Below, in pieces: positions 28,202 through 41,958 of a stretch of DNA of 64,000 nt. This stretch comes from Eledone cirrhosa (Eukaryota), in assembly GCA_964016885.1 (NCBI GenBank), contig OZ024759.1, positions 28,892,001 to 28,956,000 on the forward strand, given 5' to 3'. Every line of letters starts with the position of its first letter. Position 1 is the first letter of the stretch. The notes beneath the pieces are model-generated. The model did no database searches. It saw only the letters and a program-made list of their open reading frames with translations, and was not told the origin of the DNA. Made by a program: the position numbers and the translations under genes.

Positions 28202-29864
28202 GTGATGGCTGCAACTTGATTTCGAATAATGCCATCGCTTGATACATAAGCATAAGAATCATGAATGTGGCTTTTTAGTCCTGCTAGGGACTTGCCTAGG
28301 GCCAACAATACCATGCATCGCAAAAAAAAATAAAATGTCACACATCAAGCGATGCCTGTGTTTGAAGCTTTTTTAAGTGAGGAAAGGCTTTGCACTGGGC
28401 CAATCTCACTCTCTGAACATCGAATGCATTTGCCCAAAAAGTAGAACTAATCTACATTACTGGATGCAGACGAAGTGGCAGGTTTTATATCAGAGTGACC
28501 TTCTCCTAGAGAGATGTCTTAATAAAGACTAGGGGTCCCTCGCTCAAACAAGAAAAAAAAATTTATTGGATGGCCGTTGACTCTCCTGAGTTCCTCCGCC
28601 CTTTGACAAGCCTTGTTTTTCATCCCGTAGGGTGTCCAAAATCCCCCGCCTCACCAAGCAAGCTTGGTGGGGTTGCCGGTTTAGTCACCGACGACCCCAC
28701 TATGCACAGGTTGTATTGGGTTACATGTTACCAGTAGCGCTGAAGAGCGACCTGACATAATATAAGCCGGCCTTAGAAATACGTATTATGCAACTGTGAA
28801 ACTTTAAAGGAATGTATTATAAAAGGAACCCAGCCTTCTATTTTCACACACATATAAAGAAATTACTATTATATGACTAGAACTGGTGGTTTCAAACGAA
28901 TGAAAATGTTCATGTCCTGTACACGTTATATCTATATGAAATACATATGTAATCCTTTAAAACTAATATAACGTTACCCTATTTTTCAAGTAGTGGTGAC
29001 CATCCATACGGAATTGGCCCTCCGAGTCATTAAGGTCACCCCACCCCCTCCTTTTTCTTGGGATGGAATTACAAATCTTAATCTCAGGAATGACAATCTT
29101 AAAGATATGCTGATTAAATTTCTCACCCTCCCTCATATCTCTCTCTTTCACACTCTCTCACTCTATCTATCTATCTATCTATCTCTCCCTTTCTTCCACC
29201 TTCTCTCACCCCTCTCTCTCTCTCCTCTCTCTCTCACTCTCCCTCACTCAGTTCTCTCTCATTCTTCCTCTCTCTCACCCCTCTCTCTCTCACCCTCCCT
29301 CACTCAGTTCTGTCTCACCCTCCCTCTCTCTCACCCCTCTCTCGCTTCTCTCTCTCTCTCCTCATCTCTCTTTCTTCCACCATCTCCCAACCTCTCTTAA
29401 TCGCTTGTCTCTTTCTTCCTCTCTCTCACTCACTCTCTGTCTCTTTCACACACGCGCGCGCGTGCACGTAATCGAAAATTTAAATTACAAACGAAATAAA
29501 AAAATAAAAATACAACCATTCCAAAGAATGTTTTTAACGAGTTTCTGGTGAGAGATTTATTGTTGGCTTGGTAATATTTATATATCTGACACGCCACCAC
29601 TGCCACCACCAACACCTACACCACCATCATCATCATCACCACCACCATCATCATCATCACCGCCACCACTACTGCCATTAACAACACCTACACCACCATC
29701 ATCATCACCACCATCACCTTCATCAACACCACCACCAACACCACCAACAACACCGCCAACCCCACCACCATCACCACCTCCAACACCACCACCGCCAACA
29801 CCAACATCACACCACAAATATTGCCACCACCAACACAACCGACATCATATCTACCCCCATTAAG

Positions 29865-30428
29865 GGAGGTGGATTGGCAGTATCGGTAGAGGGTCGGACG
29901 CCATGCTTTCCAGCATAGTTACGTCCCTTTACGATCTGAGTTCAAATCCCGCCAAGGTTGACTTTGCCTTTCATCCTTACGGGGTCGATAAAATAAAGTA
30001 CCAGTAATGCACTGGGTAATTTCTGGCCTTGTGCCTAAAGTAGAAACAATTATTTGGCGGTTGATTGGCAGTATCGGTAGAGGGTCGGGCGCCATGCTTT
30101 GACGCATAGAGTTACGGCCCTTTCCATTCTGAGTTCAAATCCCGCCGAGGTTAACTTTGCCTTTCATCCTTACGGGGTCGATAAAATAAAGTACCAGTAA
30201 TGTACTGCGTAATTGCTGGCCTTGTGCCAAAAAGTAGAAACAATTATTTGGCAGTATCGGTAGAGAGTCGGACGCCATGCTTTCCAGCATAGTTACGTCC
30301 CTTTACGGTCTGAGTTCAAATCCCGCCGAGGTTGACTTTGCCTTTCATCCTTACGGGCTCGATAAAATAAAGTACCAGTAATGTACTGAGATAATTGCTG
30401 GCCTTGTGCCTAAAGTAGAAACAATTAT
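29865..30428 (+). mobile_element. Three tandem SINE family 1 copies
   Basis: Heads at about 29865, 30056 and 30249, each ending gtagaaacaattatt. Confidence 0.9.
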
Positions 30429-30947
30429 TTTACTGGTACTTTATTTCACGAACACAAGCTCCATCGAACCCGGTAAACGGTTTTAGGCATGGTTGCGGCC
30501 ATCGTTGTGTAGTTTAACTCTTATGAAGCACAGAGGTGTGGTGGCGGTGGTGGTGGTGGTGGTGGTGGTGAAATGGGGCCGTGTGGTTTTGACTAGGATA
30601 CGGATTTCACAAACTCGAGGAGGTCTGAAATATTTCCCCACGACCATCACCCCTCCCATGCACCCCACCCCCACCCTTCCAACCACCACCACCACCACCA
30701 CCTTCAATAGTGCACACAGCAATATCGCCATATCCACAGTGGTTCTCAACTAATAACCACACCCAATAGTCACCGACACCCAACAATTTAGAGGGAACTA
30801 GTAATGTAAAACGTTGGAATATATATATATTATATTATATATATAATATATATACATATATATACATATATACATATATATATTACATATATAATATATA
30901 TACATATATACATATATATATACGATATATACATACATATATTTACA

Positions 30948-30984
<37 letters not shown>

Positions 30985-31059
30985 GTGTGTGTGTATGTGA
31001 GTGTATAACCATAACCCATACATAAATCATGTATTTAGCCCTGATCATTAAAATACTTT

Positions 31060-31170
31060 GTAAACTACACGTGTCTGTGGATTGCTCAGCCACTTTCCCG
31101 TTCATTTCACGAGTAAGCAGTTCCGTTAATTGAATCAACTTGAGCACTTATCGTCATGACCGACGAAGGT
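31060..31170 (-). mobile_element. Third SINE-like repeat fragment; related piece at 20645-20735 (+)
   Basis: Both pieces share the order ccgtcggtt/tcgtcggtc ... tcaa.t.a..gaaacagcctg ... aagtg.ctga.ca.tcc...gac.cgtgt. Confidence 0.45.
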
Positions 31171-31422
31171 CCTGTCGATGAAAATAGTTAATGAGTAGTT
31201 CAAACTATGGAGGGGGGGGGGTCTATTTCACTGGAATAATGAAAGGTTTCGATATTGAAATTCAATGTAAAATTCACGGGAGAGTATTGGTTTCTATTTT
31301 CATTAATTTCTTAGTTTTGTCTATTATTCATTTTCTACTTTCCCTCTTTCGAATTTCTGATGGAGGACTAACGTCCAAAACGTTAAGACTATATCAAGCG
31401 TCAAACTACTAAATATATATAT

Positions 31423-31638
31423 CGACAGTCGATCGACTTTTGTCAAATCGGACCGAGGAAACAATGCTTCCTTCGGTCTTTCCATCTAATACTATCTATC
31501 GGTCGCAACTCCAGGTAGAAGGAGCAACGTGAAATAAAGTGTCTTGCTCAAGGACATAACGCATCACCCGGCCCGGGAATCGAACTCACAACCTCACGAT
31601 TGTGAATCCAATTATCTAACCACTCAGCCAAGCGCCTT
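31423..31638 (-). mobile_element. tRNA-derived SINE family 2
   Basis: The minus strand reads ggcgcttggctgagtggttag (A box)...gagttcgattccc (B box)...gtccttgagcaagacactttatttcacgttgctcc. Copies at 50466-50680 (+), 55294-55510 (-) and partial 56787-56882 (+). Confidence 0.88.
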
Positions 31639-31670
31639 CACTAATATATATGTGTGCGCGCGTGTGTGTG

Positions 31671-31706
<36 letters not shown>

Positions 31707-31713
31707 TGAGTGC

Positions 31714-31785
<72 letters not shown>

Positions 31786-31787
<2 letters not shown>

Positions 31788-32118
31788 TAGTCTGGCGGAC
31801 CGTTGGGGCGCCACAAATGACCTGGCAACCAGCTCCTTCCATTCCACTCGCCTCTCCGCCTTCCTCATGGTTGCACCCAGCCTCATGCCTGTCCATCTCA
31901 TTCTCTGTCTGCCTCTCTTCCTCCCACTTTGTACTGTCCCCTGCATGACAGTCTTGGCAGGCACTCAAGATCTTGTCACGGGCCCGTACCATCTCAATTT
32001 GCGTTTTTTCACAATGGTCAACAGGTCTTCATATGGCCCGATGGCTTGCCAAATTATGTTTCACACCTCCTCACTGGAGATGCAGTCTCTGTAGGTGGTG
32101 CCAAGGAGCTTTCTGAAT
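31786..32118 (-). mobile_element. RTE/BovB-like LINE 3' fragment
   Basis: The minus strand encodes ...KKRKLRWYGPVTRS and AKTVMQGTVQSGRKRGRQRMRW...EWKELVARSFVAPQRSARL. Confidence 0.8.
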
Positions 32119-32124
32119 TTACGC

Positions 32125-32225
<101 letters not shown>

Positions 32226-32369
32226 CGTGTGTGTGTGTAAAAGGTAAACAGAAATAACAATACAATCGGTACAGTATATGGAAGGGATATATTAGGTTAA
32301 CGCTGGATATAACAGGGAGAGGGTCTTTAACGTTTCGGACGCTAGTCCTTCACCAGAAGAAAGAATGAG

Positions 32370-32684
<315 letters not shown>

Positions 32685-32957
32685 AGGAAAGCACGAAAGC
32701 GGGATAATTTTCCTTCGTCAGTTGTCTGCTGGAAATCCTAGACATTTCTACGTATTAAAGACAGAAATATCCATGACATCCAGCAGTGTATATATATAAG
32801 AAGAAGAAATAGGGGCTGTGTAGTTGCTAGATAAGGTGTACTTATAAATAAGAGGAAAGCTTGAACGGGAGAAAATGTCCCTTCATCAGTTGTCTGCTGG
32901 GGGTCTTGGATATTTCTATGTATTAAAAGGAAAATTTACTTCCGTCAAGCTTTCCTC

Positions 32958-33346
32958 ATATATATATATATAATATATATATATTATATATATATATATA
33001 TTATATATATATTATATATATTATATATATTATATATATTATATATATTATATATATTATATATATTATATATATATATTATATATATATATATTATATA
33101 TATATATATTATATATATATATTATATATATATATTATATATATTATATATATATATATTATATATATATTATATATATATATATATATATTATATATAA
33201 ATATATATATTATATATATATATTATATATATATATATATTATATATAAATATATATATTATATATATATTATATATTATATATATATATTATATATATT
33301 ATATATATATATATTATATATATATATTATATATATATATTATATA

Positions 33347-33389
<43 letters not shown>

Positions 33390-33440
33390 ATATTATATAT
33401 ATATATATTATATATATATATTATATATATATATTATATA

Positions 33441-33481
<41 letters not shown>

Positions 33482-33718
33482 TATATATAAATATATATAT
33501 TATATATATATATTATATATATTATATATATATATATATATATACATATATATATTATATATATATATAATATATAAATATATATATTATATATATATTA
33601 TATATTATATATATATATTATATATATTATATATATATATATTATATATATATATTATATATATATATTATATATATATATTATATATATATAATATATT
33701 ATATATATATATTATATA

Positions 33719-33796
<78 letters not shown>

Positions 33797-33858
33797 ATAT
33801 TATATATATATATTATATATATATATTATATATATATATTATATATATATATTATATA

Positions 33859-33948
<90 letters not shown>

Positions 33949-33957
33949 TATATATAT
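32958..33957. repeat. About 1-kb interrupted (TA)n array
   Basis: Almost pure A/T, with (TA)n phase shifts caused by extra T. Confidence 0.95.
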
Positions 33958-33982
33958 GTTTTGTGCACTGATTGGAGTAATA

Positions 33983-34028
<46 letters not shown>

Positions 34029-34078
34029 TATTGCTCCAATCAGTGCACAAAACACCTAGCAAACACTCTAAACTGAAC

Positions 34079-34149
<71 letters not shown>

Positions 34150-34289
34150 TTTTTTCCGTTGTGTTGTAATATAAATATTACACACAGTAGATTATCAGCT
34201 CACGTAGAGTTTGCTCGACGGTTCCAGTTGTAGTTCCAAAAGTAATCCGGAGAAAAATAGAAAGATTTGAATGGATACAGTTTAGTTGA

Positions 34290-36053
34290 AAGGACCACAA
34301 GGTAAACTTTGATAATGACCCTAAAATTAGATTAATCTGCCCCTCTAAATCAGATATAGGTAAAATAAGCAAATATATCTTAGATAGAATCATCCCCCAA
34401 ATTAAGGCTAAGGTTAACATTAAACTCTGGGGGAAGACCCAAGAAGCAATAAGATGGTTTAATAGCATTAGCAATAAGAATAAATCTAAGTTTATCCAGT
34501 TTGATATCGATGAATATTACTCATCGATATCACCTGAAACTTTGAATAAAGCCATTAAGTTTGCTAAGGATAACTCCGACCTTACAAACGATGAAATTAA
34601 GATTATATTAGAAGCTAGGAAAACTATAGTCAAATTTGAGAACAGTTATTGGGTACGTAAAGATAGACCCTCTAACTTTGACATAACAATGGGCTCTAAC
34701 GATTCGGCGGAAATAACTGATATTGTGGGGTTATTTATCGCCTTTAGACTCCAGGAAAAATTCAGCAATCTCCACGGCGGAATATACCGCGACGATGTTC
34801 TCCTCCTAGCTAAAAACCTTAATAACCAAAAACTAGAAAAACTACGCAAAGATATAAGAAAACTACTACTCGAAATAGGACTAACTATAACATATGAATA
34901 CAACCTTAAAGTAGTTAACTTCCTGGATGTCACACTCAATTTAAACTCTGGTTTGATTAAACCGTTTCATAAATTGAATGAAAATCTCAAATACGTAAAT
35001 GTTGGGTCTAACCACCCCATCTCTATAATTAAATCTATCCCTAAAAATATTTCCCTTAGAATCTCGGGTCTATCTTCTAACATACAAGTATTTAAGGAAC
35101 ACGCCGAGTACTACGATAACGCCCTTAGTAAAGCAGGCTACCTCAACAAAATAGAGTACATAGATGGGAACAATCAAAACACCCAAAATAAATCCCACAT
35201 AGGTAGATATAATAACACAACACCAAACCACACTTACTACCATAGTATGCACACCAGTAAACCAACAAACAAAACTAATAGAAAGCGATGCAAAGAGTAC
35301 TTATGGTATAACCCCGAATACAATAGCTCCATTAGTACAAATTTACCAGTACTCTTCTTTAAAATAATTAAAAGACATTTTCCCACATCACACAAATACC
35401 ACAAAATCCTAAACCCTACCACTATAAGACTGTCATACTCTACAGCGTTAAACCTTGAACAACACATAAAAAAGATCAATACTAGAAGGTTAAACGAAAA
35501 CACTAAGAACTTAAGTACAAAGAACCCCAAAAAAACAGTAGACAATACACTACAGAACATAAATAAACCACACCTAAGTTCGTCCGCAATACTACTCCAG
35601 AGAAAACCCAACGTACACAACTGTAACTGCACCTATCCTGACAACTGCCCCCTCGGCAATAACTGCCTGGAAAAAAATATTATTTATAAGTGTACCATTA
35701 AATCCGGAGGCAACGAGTGGTATTACGTGGGATCAACGGCAACATCGTTTAAATCTCGATTGTATAGGCATTCTTACTCAATAAAACACCAGAGCCAAAG
35801 AAATGTAACAACTTTAGCAGAGAAAGCTTGGACGCTCAGGGATAGCAATCAAAAGTTTACCCTAAAATGGGAAAAATTAGCTAAAACCCAAAGCTTTTCC
35901 AGGAGCCAAAATTTCTGCAAATTGTGTAATCTTGAGATTTATTACATAATCACACACAAGAAGAAACTGCTGAATAACAGAATTGAACGAACATTATTCT
36001 GCCGTCACAGAACTAAAACCCTTTTTTCCCACTACAAGCCGAATATTACATAA
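34290..36053 (+). CDS. Penelope-like element polyprotein (reverse transcriptase + C-terminal GIY-YIG endonuclease), 5'-truncated, Naiad-like motif pattern
   Basis: The frame is open from 34290 (KDHKVNFDNDPKIRLICPSKSDIGKISK...) through the track ORF 34542-36053. RT motifs: FDIDEYYSSI, FDITMGSNDSAE, GIYRDD, VNFLDVTLNL. These are followed by CNC-x5-CPL-x3-C, a GIY-YIG-like NIIYKC...YYVGSTATSFKSRLYRH, CKLC-x2-E, LLNNR and CRH. There is no native start; the frame begins at the junction with an inverted terminal repeat. The clade name is inferred from motifs. Confidence 0.93.
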   Translation, partial: KDHKVNFDNDPKIRLICPSKSDIGKISKYILDRIIPQIKAKVNIKLWGKTQEAIRWFNSISNKNKSKFIQFDIDEYYSSISPETLNKAIKFAKDNSDLTNDEIKIILEARKTIVKFENSYWVRKDRPSNFDITMGSNDSAEITDIVGLFIAFRLQEKFSNLHGGIYRDDVLLLAKNLNNQKLEKLRKDIRKLLLEIGLTITYEYNLKVVNFLDVTLNLNSGLIKPFHKLNENLKYVNVGSNHPISIIKSIPKNISLRISGLSSNIQVFKEHAEYYDNALSKAGYLNKIEYIDGNNQNTQNKSHIGRYNNTTPNHTYYHSMHTSKPTNKTNRKRCKEYLWYNPEYNSSISTNLPVLFFKIIKRHFPTSHKYHKILNPTTIRLSYSTALNLEQHIKKINTRRLNENTKNLSTKNPKKTVDNTLQNINKPHLSSSAILLQRKPNVHNCNCTYPDNCPLGNNCLEKNIIYKCTIKSGGNEWYYVGSTATSFKSRLYRHSYSIKHQSQRNVTTLAEKAWTLRDSNQKFTLKWEKLAKTQSFSRSQNFCKLCNLEIYYIITHKKKLLNNRIERTLFCRHRTKTLFSHYKPNIT

Positions 36054-36165
36054 AAGAGGGACATCCCCCAACTATATAAACCTTAATCTAGTTAGAAAAA
36101 TATAAAAACAATCTCTTTTCAACATATATTAATAACCTTAAATTACCATACTAATAATGAAAAGA

Positions 36166-36223
36166 TATGCTGATGAGAATAGGTACAAATATGCGATAAT
36201 GAATGTGTCTAAAAACGTCCATA
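36166..36223 (+). ncRNA. Minimal hammerhead-like motif in the PLE 3' region (G12 to A variant)
   Basis: tatg-CTGATGA(36170)-stem II taggtac/gtgtcta-AAAA-CG-TC-cata. Stem I is tatg/cata and stem III is the palindrome ACGT. Confidence 0.55.
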
Positions 36224-36368
36224 AGTATGTATATATATGTGAAAATGTATATAAATAAGTAAATATATATATATGTTTGATGTGTATAGTTAGATGTAAG
36301 TGTATTCATGTATTAAAGTGCTTATATATATATATATATGTGTGTGTGTGTATATGTGTGTATATATG

Positions 36369-36413
<45 letters not shown>

Positions 36414-37003
36414 GTATGTGTATATATGTATATATATATGTGTATGTATGTATGTGTATACGGATGTGTATGTATGTGTATGTGTGTACACATGGACTAG
36501 AGTATGTATGTATATATGTGTGTGTCTATACGTGTGTATATATAAAGATAAGTTGAGTATGAAAATGTATACACATGAGCGCGTATGTATGTACATGAAT
36601 ACATGTGTGTATATATATGTGTATGCATGTGTATATATATGTAAGTATGAATATGTGAATTGTGAGTATATGTATTTTGTAGAGGTGTGCAAATATATTT
36701 GTGTGTGAATGCGTGGGTGAAAGAATACGTACACTTGAAAGAAAAATTTAAGTCTGAATGTTAAGTGCAAACACAAAACCAACCACGCATATCTTTACTA
36801 TCTCTAATCCTTCTATAGATTTAGAAAAATAACCAATAATATATTCTATAAAAAATGTCAAAACAACAGATGGGAATCTAATTAATCACTGCCACCAAGA
36901 ATTCTCACTGCTATCGAAAAACCACTCCTTCAGCTATTCTTCTAACAACTTCACCCCTTCCTCCTAATATTCTCTATAAAAACTAAATAGGTCCTCAGTA
37001 ATA

Positions 37004-37120
37004 TTATTCTGATGAAATGACAGTAAACAATAACATTGAAATATTGAATGTCTGCATAACTAAAAGTTTGTAGATAGCTGTTTTAGGTTATGTAACTGTT
37101 ATAGAAACACGTGTCAATAA
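37004..37120 (+). ncRNA. Type I hammerhead ribozyme with long stem II, in the PLE pseudo-LTR
   Basis: ttatt-CTGATGA(37009)-a-atgacag...ctgttat-a-GAAA(37104)-CACGTG-TC-aataa. Stem I is ttatt/aataa, stem III is palindromic, and the site is GUC. Confidence 0.75.
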
Positions 37121-37601
37121 ATTCCTTTCAACTAAACTGTATCCATTCAAATCTTTCTATATATATATATATATATACATATATATGATATTAGTTTTGT
37201 CTAAAATATTTTCAATATAAAATACATGAAAAATATATTTGATACCCAAAATATGCTGACGTTAACTAATTTAGATGTTAAATTTAGGGTTAGGTTTAAA
37301 TTAGGGCTAGAGTAAGGCGAAAGTGTTACAGCTGTAGCGTACAGGAGACGAAATATTTTAAAGTGTTTCGTTTAGAGTTACGAAATTACAAAACCTCATT
37401 TCTTCACTACAAACTAGGGCAGTGGAAAAATCAAATTTATCCAATAAGAAAACACATCTATAATTGGTCTGTGACTGAATATTTAATATAATTAATCATG
37501 GTGGATTATGTTGTGTTAAATACAGAGGAGAACTGTATCAAGTTTGTCGTTTCAAGTTATTTCATGGTGGACAAAAGTCGTTGTATGTGTGTGTATATAT
37601 T

Positions 37602-37646
<45 letters not shown>

Positions 37647-37790
37647 GTGTGTGTGTGTGTGTCTGTCTGTGTCTGTTCCATCGTATCTTATCTTGACAAC
37701 GACAACAACCATACGACGATCATCACAACAACCATACAACAATCACCACAACAACCACACAGCCATATTCAACGACCACCATCAACATTT

Positions 37791-37877
<87 letters not shown>

Positions 37878-38651
37878 AGAGGGAGAGAGAGAGAAGGGGA
37901 GAGGGAGAGAGAGAGAAGGGGAGAGGGAGAGAGAGGTCCAAACTTCAATTTCAAGCCTCCATAACCCCATATATGGTCATTATTTTCGTAATTTCTTTTT
38001 TCTTCCTTTTCATTCCTTTTTCCTGGTACAAAGAAACTAACCTTATCTTCCCAATTCTATTTTAAGGTCCCCTTCCCCCTGTCACGTCTTAGACGAGATA
38101 AGACCCTTAAATTAATTGCAATCCTTATCTTTACCATTTAACATAGATATTTCATTGATTGGGTCTCTTTTAGATCATGGGACCCCCATCATGAAATATT
38201 AAACCCCCCCCCCCCGCCCTTCTCCAGCAATATACCCGGCGTTGGGGTATTTAGTGGGGTTAAGGTTAGCCATACACTGTGCACCCTATTCTTCCAGTTA
38301 TGCTCCCTATATTTCCAAATAAAATAATTTCAGCTTCTGGTTAGGTCATTCACAATCCATTAGAGTTTGTATATATATGTGTGTGTGTGTGTCTATGTAT
38401 GTATGTGTGTGTATATATATATGTATGTATGTGTATATATATATATATGTATGTATGTGTATATATATATATATATATATATCAGTATATATATATATAT
38501 ATGAGTATATATATATATATGAGTACCAGTAATGCACTGGGTAATTGTTGGCCTTGTGCCAAAAGTAGAAACAATTATATATGTATGTATGCATGTATAT
38601 ATATATATATCAGTATATATATATCAGTATATATATATATATATATATATA

Positions 38652-38911
38652 TAGGAGAAAGTATGACCCCGACGGCAGAGCTCAAGCCGTTTCGACGGCT
38701 ATTTCTGGACTCAAGTAAGAGTCTTTTTAACTCTTGTAAAAAAAACTCTTGAAAAAAACTCTTGTAAAAACTCTTACTTTAGTCTAGAAATAGCCGTCGA
38801 AACGGCTTGAGCTCTGCCGTCGGGGTCATACTTTCTCCTATTACTACTACCCTATGTATTGAGTACTCTGGTGCGTTATGGTCCATCTGGTTCCTTACCA
38901 CAACTCCTTCG

Positions 38912-38913
<2 letters not shown>
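38652..38913. mobile_element. Family A fold-back with aaaactcttg filler repeats at the turn
   Basis: Arms at 38652-38721 and 38770-38913, joined by about 4 copies of aactcttg(t)aaaaa. Confidence 0.85.
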
Positions 38914-39738
<825 letters not shown>

Positions 39739-39857
39739 TAATCATTAGTTAAGCAAAACAAGACCACAAATTTCACAAGGAAGACATTATTAAAAGATTG
39801 TCAACATATTTTAGTTTGATGTAAGAAATGTAGAGAATAATAATAATAATATTAATA

Positions 39858-40022
39858 ATAATTGTTTCTACTTTTGACACAAGGCCAGCAATTACCCAGT
39901 AGATTACTGGTACTTTATTTTATCGACCCCATAAGGATGAAAGGCAAAGTTAACCTCGGCGGGATTTGAACTCAGAATGGCAAATCATGGCGTCCGACCC
40001 TCTACCGATACTGCCAATTCAC
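39858..40022 (-). mobile_element. SINE family 1
   Basis: Reverse complement of the 29865 unit, with its tail in (TAA)n. Further copies at 41974-42158 (-), 43147-43325 (+), 52219-52335 (-) and 55631-55723 (-); partial copies at 38523-38577 and 40390-40490. Confidence 0.88.
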
Positions 40023-40184
40023 GTTTCGCTCCTCCATATAATATTTCTGGATCAGATGACTATATATCATAATTGATCTGGTTCAGTTGAAAATAATTAA
40101 CATATTTAAAGAACAGAGCGGCTCATCGGAACTTCAAAGGAATATAAATTAAAATAATGAGAGAATGTTACATAATATATATAT

Positions 40185-40229
<45 letters not shown>

Positions 40230-40634
40230 TACAAAGGGTCAAACATCGGAGTCCGGCGGTAAATCCTGGTGTGGTCCAGGGTTAATCCGAGGTAAATGTA
40301 GGAGTCCGCGTAAACGTGGAGGTGTAAGTCAGGGAGACACGAAACGAACACATAAGAGGATGCAATAACATGAAGTGTATTAGTTTGACGCTCAGGGTCA
40401 ATAAAATAAAGTACCAGTAACACACTGGGGTTTAATCGACCTTTCCCTCCCCAAAATTGTTGGCCTTGTGCCTAAATCAGAAATCATTATTAGATGATAT
40501 GTATAAGGTAAGAACAGGTTCTTATATAAAATTATGTTGAAAGATTTTGAATTAAAATAAGAACCTTTAAAAATAGGGGACTTTGTTTCACAGAACCAGA
40601 GCCGGGTTTGGCGGGATTGATTTGAAAAAAAAAA

Positions 40635-40895
40635 GCGTTGGTATAAAAAAGGGTCGGTATAAAAAAAAGAGTCGGTATAAAAAAAAGAAAAGGTTTGGTA
40701 TAAAAAAAAGGGTCGGTATCAAAAGAAGGGTCGGTATCAAGTAAAAGGGTCGGTATAAAAAAAAGAAAAGGTTTGGTATAAAAGAAAAGGGTCGGTATCA
40801 AAAAAAGAGTCGGTATCAAGTAAAAGGGTCGGTATATAAAAAAGAAAAGGTTTGGTATAAAAAAAAAACGGCCGGTATAAAAAAAAAGGGGTTAA
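40635..40895. repeat. About 20-bp minisatellite GGGTCGGTAT(A)n
   Basis: About 12 units of gggtcggtataaaaaa / ggtttggtataaaa. Confidence 0.88.
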
Positions 40896-41255
40896 GAATA
40901 CAAAGTATAAATAGACTGTCTGCATTTGTACTGGGATTGAAACCGGTACGGAAGGTCTCGGTGGACCTTCGAGACTTTACCTTTAGTATTCTCCATGAAT
41001 CTATTCCACATGCAATCAATTTATTACACTTAATTTCTCCTGGGGCTTGCTCACGTAAGTGTTAGCTGTTTAATTAATGAATATTAAACATCCAGATTTG
41101 GGATTTGGTGTCGTAATTTAGGCAAGTGGGGGCTGTGTGGTGGGAGTGTAGGGTGTATGGATGTGGGGGTGTAGGTACGATTTGATGGGGTTCTTGTGGG
41201 AATCATTAAAAGACACAGTTGGTTACCTTTCTGTATTATAGGATCTCAAAGAGAA

Positions 41256-41326
<71 letters not shown>

Positions 41327-41356
41327 GACAAGCATATATATATATATATATATATA

Positions 41357-41543
41357 ACGAAGGAGGTGTGGTAAGGAACCAGATGGACCATAACGCACCA
41401 GAGTACTCAATACTTAGGGTAGTATAGTGAGTAATAGGAAAATGTTTGACCCCGACGGCAGAGCTCAAGCCGTTTCGGTGGCTATTTCAGAAATAGAAGT
41501 TGAAACGGCTTGAGCTCTGCCGACGGGGTTAAACTTTTTCCTC
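41357..41543. mobile_element. Family A fold-back element
   Basis: Long arm aacgaaggaggtgtgg..., turn at ctatttcagaaatag, short arm to tttttcct-(TA)n. Confidence 0.82.
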
Positions 41544-41579
<36 letters not shown>

Positions 41580-41683
41580 AATAAAATGGCGAGCTGTGTG
41601 GTTGAAATTAAGTATAATGGAAATAAAACTTACGGGCGAAAGAGGGAAATATCCGTCGTCAGCTCGGAATCATGGGTATTTCT

Positions 41684-41770
<87 letters not shown>

Positions 41771-41819
41771 ATGCTTTGGGAGGGTCATGTTGCCAATAAG
41801 AAATTCAGTATATATATAC

Positions 41820-41850
<31 letters not shown>

Positions 41851-41908
41851 CATGTATATATGTGCGTGTGAATTAGAGACAATGAGCGATGATGAGATAG
41901 ATGGAGAA

Positions 41909-41958
<50 letters not shown>

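Larger units (their letters stand above)
34147..37160 (+). mobile_element. Penelope-like retroelement insertion with inverted 5' pseudo-LTR piece, flanked by (TA)n
   Basis: 34257-34294 is the exact 38-bp reverse complement of 37123-37160. Both outer ends abut (TA)n. The RT/GIY-YIG ORF and two HHR-like motifs lie inside. Confidence 0.88.

Noticed and set aside
34287-34289. In-frame TGA just upstream of the PLE ORF as selenocysteine recoding
   Set aside because: It lies inside the inverted terminal repeat, not the original ORF, and there is no internal TGA in the 587 codons.
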